Below are positions 23,963-31,395 of a stretch of DNA of 32,000 nt, piece by piece; positions within the stretch are counted from its first letter, which is position 1, and each line of letters starts with the position of its first letter. The position numbers and the translations under genes are program-made. The DNA lies in NCBI RefSeq assembly GCF_007748075.1, contig NZ_CP036280.1, forward strand, positions 1,620,001 to 1,652,000. The letters are read 5' to 3'. The notes under the pieces are model-generated. The model was not told where the DNA came from. It ran no database searches and saw nothing but the letters and a program-made list of their open reading frames with translations. Origin of the DNA: Mucisphaera calidilacus (GTDB lineage: Bacteria; Planctomycetota; Phycisphaerae; Phycisphaerales; Phycisphaeraceae).

Positions 23963-24739
23963 GGGCAGGCCCGCTTCGACGGCATCACCCGTCACCGTGA
24001 TGTCATCCCAGGTGAAGTCCCGACCGCCGGAAGTATTCGCCTTCCCGATCAGCGCCACGCCGCCGGGTTCGGGGATGGCCTGCCCGCTTGTGAAGGGGAT
24101 GCTGACCGCGGTCTGCTTGAGAATGAAGTCATTGGTGCGGAAGTTCGCCAGCAGGTCGATGGTTTCATCGATCGGGTCGGTGGTCACCGAGAAGTTGATC
24201 TCGACCGTCTCACCGGCATCGAGCGTCGAGGTAAAGCTCTGCGAGGTCTGGAGCGGCTGAATCCCTCCGCCGTTCGGGAGGATGCGGATCAGCTGAATGC
24301 CGGCCTGGTTGTCATTGCTGCCCTGCCCGCCCTGGATGCGGAAGCCGTACATCTCGCCGTCACTCTGCACACGGGCACCCATGCCCCACCAGAGCGAGGA
24401 GAAGAGATCCGACCAGTTGCCCGAGCCCATGGTGGCGGTGATGCTGTAATCCAGCCACTGCGCACTGCCGATGCCCTCGTCGGAGGCACCGGTGTAAGCG
24501 GACGTCTGAATGCCCGCCCCGCCGGCCGCGAGTTGCGCGGCCTGACTGCCGTTGTGCCAAGCCGGCGTGAGGACATCGAAATCGCCGTTCAACTCACCCC
24601 AGCCCGAGGGCATGGCATCGCTCGGAGCGACCACCGACGAAAAGTCTTCGGTGAAGGTGAAGCTCTCGGCACCGGCGTGAGCGGCCAGAGCAGCCATGAG
24701 CGTGCAGGCGAGAAAGGTTTGCGTTGCGTGATCAGCCAT
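23570..24739 (-). CDS. Secreted lectin/jelly-roll-like protein with four dockerin-like loops and a PEP-CTERM anchor
   Basis: Start chosen at 24739 (MADHATQTFLACTLMAALAAHAGA/ES signal) because AGGAGG lies 6 nt upstream. The N-terminal ~250 aa are paralogous to 24817-25641. C-terminus VPEPAGLSLLALAAIAGRRRTA. Confidence 0.75.
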   Translation of the reverse strand: MADHATQTFLACTLMAALAAHAGAESFTFTEDFSSVVAPSDAMPSGWGELNGDFDVLTPAWHNGSQAAQLAAGGAGIQTSAYTGASDEGIGSAQWLDYSITATMGSGNWSDLFSSLWWGMGARVQSDGEMYGFRIQGGQGSNDNQAGIQLIRILPNGGGIQPLQTSQSFTSTLDAGETVEINFSVTTDPIDETIDLLANFRTNDFILKQTAVSIPFTSGQAIPEPGGVALIGKANTSGGRDFTWDDITVTGDAVEAGLPGDFNGSGDLDAEDIDLLYANLGDPAYDLNGDLVSDADDVIMLVTDPDFLDTFFGDANLDKQVDLLDLSSLASNFNNAAGWEGGSFNGDGVVDLLDLSILANGFGSSNAVPEPAGLSLLALAAIAGRRRTA

Positions 24740-24773
24740 CGTGTACCTCCTGTTGTGTGACAAAGCGTAAAGC

Positions 24774-24801
24774 GTCTCCCCGACCCGACAGCCGGGGAGA
24801 C
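24774..24801 (-). terminator. GC-rich hairpin between the tandem PEP-CTERM paralogues (candidate partial terminator or stabiliser)
   Basis: Perfect 9-bp inverted repeat GTCTCCCCG (24774-24782) / CGGGGAGAC (24793-24801) with a 10-nt loop. On the minus strand it is followed by GCTTTACGCTTTG, a weak T-rich tail. It lies between the stop at 24817 and the start at 24739. Confidence 0.4.
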
Positions 24802-24816
24802 GGGACGGTTGAAAGA

Positions 24817-25641
24817 TCACCCACGACGCCCGGCGACACCCGCGAGACCCAGCAGGGCCAGAGCGAGTGCAGAGGGCTCGGGAACGGGCACGGCCAGGCC
24901 GTTGACAACAATGTCATCCCACGAGGGGCCACGGTTGGCCGAGTTCGCCACAAAGCCCAGAGGCCCCGGCGTCGCGATGACGGTGCTGTTCGAATAATCC
25001 ACGCTGCGCGAGAGACTCTTGGTGACACCGTTGTTCGTAACCATGGTCACCGCAAGATCGACTTCGCTGTTGATGTCGTCGTTGGAGACGCTGAATTCGA
25101 TGTCGACCGTTTCGCCCGAGTCGATCGTGCTCGTGCTACTGCTGGTGCCGAGGGTGGCAATCCCGCCTGTCGACGTCACCCGGATCAGCTGGATCACGGT
25201 GTTCGTGACGCCGTTCGAGGTGATGCGGAAGCCGTAGGCCGAGCCATCGTCCTGAACGCGTGCGAGCATGCCCCACCAGATCGAGGTGCTCTCGGACCAG
25301 GTGTCGGTCCCGAGGCTGGCGCTGAAGCCGTAGTTCAGCCAGTTCGCCGCGGGTGACATGCCCGGATCGGTCGACAAGCCGTTGTAGGTCGCCACCTCGA
25401 TACCGCTGGCCGAACCCACGAGCTTGGCAGCGTTGGTGTTGCCGTGCTTCGCCTCAAGGCTGATGTCAAAGTCGCCGTTGGCCTCGACCCAGCCGGCCGG
25501 CAGCAGATCGCCCACGGGCGTGCCGTCGAAGTTCTCGGAATACGAGAAGCCGACCAGATCGGCCTGCACGGCCGATGAAGCCGTTGTCAGGACAACGCCA
25601 GCTACCAGTGCGTTCGTTAGAGTCAATCCATTCTTAAACAT
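24817..25641 (-). CDS. Secreted lectin/jelly-roll-like PEP-CTERM protein (short paralogue without dockerin loops)
   Basis: GAGGAG precedes the ATG. Signal peptide ...VVLTTASSAVQA/DL. It aligns with 23570-24739 (FSYSENFDG/FTFTEDFSS, GWVEANGDFDI/GWGELNGDFDV, IWWGMLARVQDDGSAYGFRI/LWWGMGARVQSDGEMYGFRI, VIQLIRV/GIQLIRI, GETVDIEFSV/GETVEINFSV). C-terminus VPVPEPSALALALLGLAGVAGRRG. Confidence 0.75.
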   Translation of the reverse strand: MFKNGLTLTNALVAGVVLTTASSAVQADLVGFSYSENFDGTPVGDLLPAGWVEANGDFDISLEAKHGNTNAAKLVGSASGIEVATYNGLSTDPGMSPAANWLNYGFSASLGTDTWSESTSIWWGMLARVQDDGSAYGFRITSNGVTNTVIQLIRVTSTGGIATLGTSSSTSTIDSGETVDIEFSVSNDDINSEVDLAVTMVTNNGVTKSLSRSVDYSNSTVIATPGPLGFVANSANRGPSWDDIVVNGLAVPVPEPSALALALLGLAGVAGRRG

Positions 25642-25865
25642 CGATTCTCTCCTCTTAAAGTGAATGAAACGGTGCGATGAGTCGAGCGGGAAGGGATACA
25701 GGCCCTCGACGAGAGGGGCTTGAAGATCCTGAACGATCCGCTCTGCCGTAAGCGGACGCCGACTTCAGCGTGTTGCTGAGACAGCCCATGAATCCGCAGG
25801 CAGAAGTTTGTGCTGTTACTGGGGACATTCTTGATCCAAATCAAACAAACGAAACAGCGATCAGG

Positions 25866-25915
25866 GTGACACGTCAGGCTTAATTGGAGTATACTGAATA
25901 CCTATTCATGGTCAA
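25866..25915. promoter_or_regulatory. Candidate face-to-face divergent sigma70-like promoters sharing a palindromic -10
   Basis: Plus strand: GTGACA (25866-25871), N18, TATACT (25890-25895). Minus strand: TTGACC (complement of 25910-25915), N16, TATACT (complement of 25888-25893). The two -10 hexamers overlap in the palindrome AGTATACT (25888-25895). They lie in the most AT-rich intergenic region of the window. Confidence 0.35.
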
Positions 25916-26028
25916 GCGTATCTCGGTTCCTTTTTTTAATCACGGTCTCCAGACCGCCCCTGGAGCCCGCTCAGGCCCGAAAATACCGTCACCCCACGCT
26001 CGGATGACCCAGGCTTCGGAATCATCGC

Positions 26029-27111
26029 ATGCAGAAACAACGCGACAGACTCGAACAGCTCTTTGAGGGTTTGTACCAATGGCTGGGACGCCTCTATGTG
26101 CCTGACCAACATGGATTTGTCTATCAGCTCAGCAGCCTCGAGAATCCCGAGCGATTCTCGCCGGATCTCGAATCCACCGCTCAGGCGCTCATCATCCTGC
26201 ACCGATCCGGGCTGACAGAGCATCTGCCCGACGAGACCCGCCTTGGCGTCGCGGAATTTTTTAACCGCCACCAGCACCCCGACGGCTATTTCCGGGCACC
26301 GGGCGGACCTGACCACAACACCGATCGCATGCTCGGTCGCTACCTCAGCTACGCCACGGGCGTCCTGGACAGCCTTGGCGTCGAGCCCCGCTACCCCCTG
26401 CCCCGCCAACTCCGGGGCGAGGGGCAGGACAGGCTGCCCCTCGACGAGAACGCCTTACGCGCCTGGGTCGATCAACGCTCGTGGGACAATCCTTGGCGAG
26501 CCATCGATGAGATCTCAGCACGGGCACAGATCATCAGCGTCCTGCCCGAGCCTGCACGGACCGACGCGGGCAACATCCTGCTGGACTGTCTTGACGCTAT
26601 GCAGAACCCCGGGGACGGCCTCTGGGGTGGCGGTGAACCCTATGTGAGGGTCTCGGGAGGCTTCAAGGCATCGCTGGTCTACCGGAACCGGCGACCGATG
26701 CCCCGTCCGGAACGAATCTACGACACCACGATGAACTGCCTGCGTCAGCAACGCGCCAACCGGGTCACGTGGGTCTCCAATCTCCTGAACCTGATCCTCT
26801 CGGTCCGCCCCCATCTCGATCATAAGATCCCCGCCCGGGACCGCGAGGACCTCGTGCGGATCAGCATCGACAATCTCTCGACCTGTCGGCGAGAGGACGG
26901 CGGATTCTCCATCGAGAGCAAGGGCTCGTGGCCTGCGCCCAACGACGGGATCGTTCTCGGACACGGACGCGTCGAGGGCGACATGAACTCCGCGGCACTG
27001 GCGCTCCAGGTCTGGTTCAACCTCCTCGATCTCATGGGGCTGGAGCCGCGCCCGCCGGCCTCGGCAGAAGGATTCAGAGCGGCCATGCCCGAGCGTCTGA
27101 CCGCCCGATGA
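26029..27111 (+). CDS. Cytoplasmic hypothetical protein with prenyltransferase/terpene-cyclase-like alpha/alpha-toroid repeats
   Basis: No signal peptide. Recurrent repeat-like motifs: HPDGYFRAPGG, NPGDGLWGGGEPY, REDGGFSIESKG. Its stop (27109-27111) directly precedes the lyase gene. The fold call is weak. Confidence 0.4.
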   Translation: MQKQRDRLEQLFEGLYQWLGRLYVPDQHGFVYQLSSLENPERFSPDLESTAQALIILHRSGLTEHLPDETRLGVAEFFNRHQHPDGYFRAPGGPDHNTDRMLGRYLSYATGVLDSLGVEPRYPLPRQLRGEGQDRLPLDENALRAWVDQRSWDNPWRAIDEISARAQIISVLPEPARTDAGNILLDCLDAMQNPGDGLWGGGEPYVRVSGGFKASLVYRNRRPMPRPERIYDTTMNCLRQQRANRVTWVSNLLNLILSVRPHLDHKIPARDREDLVRISIDNLSTCRREDGGFSIESKGSWPAPNDGIVLGHGRVEGDMNSAALALQVWFNLLDLMGLEPRPPASAEGFRAAMPERLTAR

Positions 27112-27151
27112 CGTGACCCCGCGCTCACACCGAAAGGTAAAGGTCGTCCGC

Positions 27152-29062
27152 ATGCAGCTTCAATCACAACGGCGAACAGCACAACATCCCCTGCTTCGCC
27201 GGGGCACGCCGCCCGGTCTGATCCTGGTGGTGACCATGCTGTTGATGCTCGCCGCGTTCTCTGTCGCACAAGCACAGCATGATCCTCGTCTGCTGATCGA
27301 GGACGAGAGCTGGTCGGCGTACCGCACACGGGTGATGGCTGATGACCGCCTGACCTCATTACGGCTCTGGATGAAGGATGAGGCCAACCGCATGCTCGAG
27401 CAGCCGGTCAGCGTTCGTGAACTGGAAGGCATCAGGCTGCTCACCGTGGCTCGTCGCGTCCTCAGCCGCGTGCTCGTGCTATCGCAGACCTACCACCTGA
27501 CCGGTGACGATCGCTACGCCAGCCGCGCGATCGAAGAGATGCTCGCCGCCGCTCGATTCGAGGACTGGAATCCCGACGTGATGCTGGACGTGGCCACCTT
27601 TGCCACCGCGTTGTCACTCGGCCACGACTGGCTCCACGACGTGTTGACGCCTTCCCAGCGACACGAGATCAGGCAGGCGCTCAAAACCAGAGCGCTCGAC
27701 GTCTACCCACCGACCGACCACTTCCTCTGGACCTCCAGCAACAACTGGAATCAGGTCTGCCTGGGCGGGCTGACGCTCACCTGCCTGATCCTCGAGGAGG
27801 AGTTCCCCGACCAGACCGCCGCCATGATGGAGCAGGCGCGGGCCCACTGGCACCACGGTCTCCAGTCCTTCGAACCGGACGGCGTCCCCTTTGAGGGGCC
27901 GGGGTACTGGTCGTACGGGGCGAGCTACACCGCCATCATGTTCGCCGCCCTGCAGACAGCCAAAGGGGAAGACCCGAGAGAGCACGTCACCGAGGGCTCG
28001 CGGAAGGGCGCCACCTGGCGACTCCTCCTCGATACCACGTCGGACAGCTGGTACAACTTCGCCGACAACATCGAGTCCCTGCGCATCGAACCGGCACTGA
28101 TCTGGTTTGCGCGCCACCTCGACCGTCCCGGCGTCGACGCCAACACGTGGAAGCTCCTCCAGGACGTCCCCGCCTACATCGAACGCATCGGACCCCGTGA
28201 GGCGCTGCGCACACGCCTCTCGCTCGCACTGGTCTGGAGCGGTCCCGGCGACGGCGCACCCCGGCCGCAGATACCCCGGGTCATGATCGGCGACGGCGTC
28301 GTGCCCGTCACGGTCCTCCAGTGGCGGGACCCGGCCAACCCCGCAGCTCACGCGTACGTCGGCATCAAGGGCGGAAAAGCCAACATGCCGCAGACCCACG
28401 CCCACATGGATATGGGATCGTTCATCGCGGAACTCCGTGGCGTCCGCTGGTCGGTGGACCCCGGGCGTGAGATGTATGGCGACGTCGAGAAGCACATCGG
28501 ACATCGCGGGATGTGGCTGTTCGGGCCGGGCAGCCCGCGATGGACCCTCACCCGCTACCAGAGCCTCTGGCACAGCACGCTGACGATCGCCGGCGCGATC
28601 CAGGACGTGAACGGCAGGGCCGAATTCACACGCGTCGGCAGCGAAAAACAACCCTTTGTGGAGATGGATCTCACACCCGTTTACAGCGGTCAGGCACAAA
28701 CGGTCCGGCGACGCGTCGAGATCCTCTCCCCGCACGCCATCCAGTTCACCGATCGACTCACGGGCGTCCGCCTCGGCGACAGCGTCACCTCGATATGGAT
28801 GACCGACGCCAATGTGACCGTGGAAACCCCACGCCGGATCCGTCTCGACAAGCAGGGCCGGACGGCCTGGCTTCACATTAATCAGCCCACCCGGCCCACC
28901 ATCAGCACCCGCCGATTCGAGGACCTGCGACAGGATTACGAGCGCCCGGACCCGAACCTCGTGGCGATCGATCTGACCTCGGCCCCGGATGATGCCGGCC
29001 GACACGCCTTCGTGCTGACACTCAGCGAATCACCCCAGCCCCACCACGATGAAAGCGACTAA
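27152..29062 (+). CDS. Secreted heparinase II/III-like polysaccharide lyase family protein
   Basis: Signal-like N-terminus MQLQSQRRTAQHPLLRRGTPPGLILVVTMLLMLAAFSVAQA/QH. N-terminal toroid motif SSNNWNQVCLGGLTLTCLIL. C-terminal Hepar_II_III-type HAHMDMGSFIAELRGVRWSVDPG. An alternative GTG start at 27113 is possible. Confidence 0.75.
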   Translation: MQLQSQRRTAQHPLLRRGTPPGLILVVTMLLMLAAFSVAQAQHDPRLLIEDESWSAYRTRVMADDRLTSLRLWMKDEANRMLEQPVSVRELEGIRLLTVARRVLSRVLVLSQTYHLTGDDRYASRAIEEMLAAARFEDWNPDVMLDVATFATALSLGHDWLHDVLTPSQRHEIRQALKTRALDVYPPTDHFLWTSSNNWNQVCLGGLTLTCLILEEEFPDQTAAMMEQARAHWHHGLQSFEPDGVPFEGPGYWSYGASYTAIMFAALQTAKGEDPREHVTEGSRKGATWRLLLDTTSDSWYNFADNIESLRIEPALIWFARHLDRPGVDANTWKLLQDVPAYIERIGPREALRTRLSLALVWSGPGDGAPRPQIPRVMIGDGVVPVTVLQWRDPANPAAHAYVGIKGGKANMPQTHAHMDMGSFIAELRGVRWSVDPGREMYGDVEKHIGHRGMWLFGPGSPRWTLTRYQSLWHSTLTIAGAIQDVNGRAEFTRVGSEKQPFVEMDLTPVYSGQAQTVRRRVEILSPHAIQFTDRLTGVRLGDSVTSIWMTDANVTVETPRRIRLDKQGRTAWLHINQPTRPTISTRRFEDLRQDYERPDPNLVAIDLTSAPDDAGRHAFVLTLSESPQPHHDESD

Positions 29063-29945
29063 GACCATGTACCTCACCGGATTTGCCGATGAAGCTGCCG
29101 CCGACCTGCCCACGCAGATCAAGGCGACGCAGGAACTCGGCTGGAAGAACATCGAGTGCCGCAAGATCGACGGCGTCAACCTCCACGACCTCGACGAGGC
29201 CGCTTTCGATCGGGTCTGCGAGCAACTCGCCGAGGCCGACGTCCGCATCAACTGCTTCGGGTCCGCGATCGCGAACTGGGCCTGCTCCGTCAACGATCCC
29301 TTCGAAGACACACTCGACTGCGTGAAGCGCGCGATCCCGAGGATGCAGCGATTGAACACGAGCATGATCCGGATCATGAGCTACCGCGTCGAGAAAGACC
29401 GCGCCGCCGATGACCAGCAGGAGGACGAGCGTTTCCGAAGGCTGCGAACGATCACCGACCTCTTCCTGGACGCCGGCCTTCAGCCGGTGCACGAGAACTG
29501 CATGAACTACGGCGGCATGGGCTGGACCTACACGCTGCGCATGCTGGATGCCGTGCCGGGTCTCAAGCTCGTATTCGACACCGGGAACCCCTGTTTCACG
29601 CCCGAGTACCGCAAGCCCGAGCCGCATCCCAGACAGAGCAGCTACGACTTTTTCAGGCAGGTGCGTGACCACGTCTGCTACATCCACATCAAGGACGCGG
29701 TCTATCGGCCCGATCAGCCCAAGCCCATCCACACCATGCCCGGCGAGGGCCATGGCGACGTCAGGCTGGTGCTCGCCGATCTCGTCCGAGAGGGCTACCA
29801 GGGCGGGATCTCCATCGAGCCGCACCTGGCCAGCGTCCACCACACCGACGAATCCGACGCCAACCGAAACGCCTACGACACCTACGTTGCTTACGGCCGA
29901 CGACTGATGGAACTGCTCGCGGATGCCGGAGCCGACCTCAACTAA
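29049..29945 (+). CDS. Xylose-isomerase-like TIM-barrel protein (sugar phosphate isomerase/epimerase family), second copy
   Basis: Motifs VHENCMNYGG, LVFDTGNPCF, YIHIKDA, GEGHGDV and YQGGISIEPH. No signal peptide. The ATG at 29049 overlaps the lyase gene by 14 nt, and an alternative ATG at 29067 lies just after that stop. Confidence 0.8.
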   Translation: MKATKTMYLTGFADEAAADLPTQIKATQELGWKNIECRKIDGVNLHDLDEAAFDRVCEQLAEADVRINCFGSAIANWACSVNDPFEDTLDCVKRAIPRMQRLNTSMIRIMSYRVEKDRAADDQQEDERFRRLRTITDLFLDAGLQPVHENCMNYGGMGWTYTLRMLDAVPGLKLVFDTGNPCFTPEYRKPEPHPRQSSYDFFRQVRDHVCYIHIKDAVYRPDQPKPIHTMPGEGHGDVRLVLADLVREGYQGGISIEPHLASVHHTDESDANRNAYDTYVAYGRRLMELLADAGADLN

Positions 29946-29948
29946 CCC

Positions 29949-31337
29949 ATGGAGACCGACATGCTCGAGTCACAGATCCAGCCGACAGCCGGTGATCACG
30001 CCTGGTTCACACACGCTCGCTTCGGAATGTTCATCCACTTCGGGCTCTACAGCCTCGGCGCACGTCACGAGTGGCTGCAGTCCCGAAAGTTGATGACACC
30101 CCAGGCCTACCGCGACCAGTACTTCCCCCGCTTCGAACCGGACCTCTACAACGCCGAGGAGTGGGCCGATCGCGCCACCCAGGCCGGCATGAAGTACGCC
30201 GTCCTCACCGCCAAGCATCACGACGGCTTCTGCCTCTGGGACAGCGACCTCACCGACTTCAAGGCGACCAACACACCCATCGGGCGCGACCTCATCGCAG
30301 AATACGTCGAGGCCTTCCGCTCGCGTGGCCTGCGTGTCGGTCTCTACTACTCCCTGATCGACTGGCAACACCCCGACTACGTCGTCGACTACATGAATCA
30401 TCCGCTGCGCAACCACCTGCCGACCAGCGACCGCAAGGGACACCTCCCGCACCCGGACGCCTCGCAGTACGACGGAACCGACATCAACGCCGGACGCGAT
30501 CACAGCCAGTACGTCGAATACATGCACGGGCAGGTCCGCGAGCTGCTGACGCGATACGGGCAGATCGACATCCTCTGGTTCGACTTCTCCTTCGTCGACC
30601 CGGAGAACCGCGACGACCTGACCCGCGGCAAGGGGCGCGAGGCATGGCAGAGCCAGAAGCTGCTCGACATGATCCGCCAAGAGATGCCCAACGTGCTCCT
30701 GACCGACCGGCTCGACCTCGACCTGCCCTTGTCGGGTGGCGACTACAAGACGCCCGAGCAGTCGCAGCCTCAGCGATGGGTACACGTCGACGGCAAGCCC
30801 GTCGTCTGGGAAGCCTGCCAGACCTTCTCGGGATCGTGGGGATACCACCGGGACGAGTACGACTGGCGCAGCGCATGCCAGCTGCTCGTCACCCTGATTG
30901 ATTCCGTGAGCAAAGGCGGCAATCTCCTGCTCAACGTCGGCCCGAACGGACGCGGCTGTTTCGACGACCGCGCCCGGGAACGCCTGGCATCGATCGGCGA
31001 ATGGATGTCGCTGCACGAACGGAGCATCCGAGGCTGCACGCAGGCCCACGCCGACTTCGCCTGCCCCGAAGGGTGCAAACTCACCTACGACGCCGAACGA
31101 CACCGCCTCTATATCCACCTCTTGGTCTGGCCCTACAAGACGCTCCATCTGGAGGGAGACGCCTACCGGGATCGCGTTCTCTACGCGCAGCTGCTCCACG
31201 ACGCGAGCGAAACACCCATCAAGCACTTCGAGTGGCAGGGACCAACCGACGAGCGGGTCGAGGTCACGGGGATCAGCCTGCCGCAGCGCGAACCACAAGG
31301 CATCGAGATACCGGTCCTCGAGTTGTTCCTGAAGTAG
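29949..31337 (+). CDS. GH29 alpha-L-fucosidase without a signal peptide
   Basis: WFTHARFGMFIHFGLYS, GMKYAVLTAKHHDGFCLWDS, GLRVGLYYSLIDW, IDILWFDF and GGNLLLNVGP are classic GH29 segments. It starts 3 nt after the previous stop, and TAG is at 31335-31337. Confidence 0.9.
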   Translation: METDMLESQIQPTAGDHAWFTHARFGMFIHFGLYSLGARHEWLQSRKLMTPQAYRDQYFPRFEPDLYNAEEWADRATQAGMKYAVLTAKHHDGFCLWDSDLTDFKATNTPIGRDLIAEYVEAFRSRGLRVGLYYSLIDWQHPDYVVDYMNHPLRNHLPTSDRKGHLPHPDASQYDGTDINAGRDHSQYVEYMHGQVRELLTRYGQIDILWFDFSFVDPENRDDLTRGKGREAWQSQKLLDMIRQEMPNVLLTDRLDLDLPLSGGDYKTPEQSQPQRWVHVDGKPVVWEACQTFSGSWGYHRDEYDWRSACQLLVTLIDSVSKGGNLLLNVGPNGRGCFDDRARERLASIGEWMSLHERSIRGCTQAHADFACPEGCKLTYDAERHRLYIHLLVWPYKTLHLEGDAYRDRVLYAQLLHDASETPIKHFEWQGPTDERVEVTGISLPQREPQGIEIPVLELFLK

Positions 31338-31395
31338 ATCAAACCACCCCAGCGACGCGCATCCAGCGTTCGCCGATACCCTCAGCGATGAACGT

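Noticed and set aside
24740-24820. A 27-codon N-terminal extension of the 23570-24820 ORF, overlapping the stop of the upstream paralogue.
   Set aside because: AGGAGG lies 6 nt upstream of the ATG at 24739, which is followed by a canonical signal peptide. The extension also spans the 24774-24801 hairpin.
25623-26066. Small ORFs in the AT-rich intergenic region: 25623-25844 on the minus strand (73 aa) and 25884-26066 on the plus strand (60 aa, TTG start).
   Set aside because: Neither has a ribosome-binding site or a coding-like composition. They overlap the starts of well-supported genes or the putative promoter. Both are likely chance ORFs, though a leader peptide cannot be excluded without ribosome profiling.
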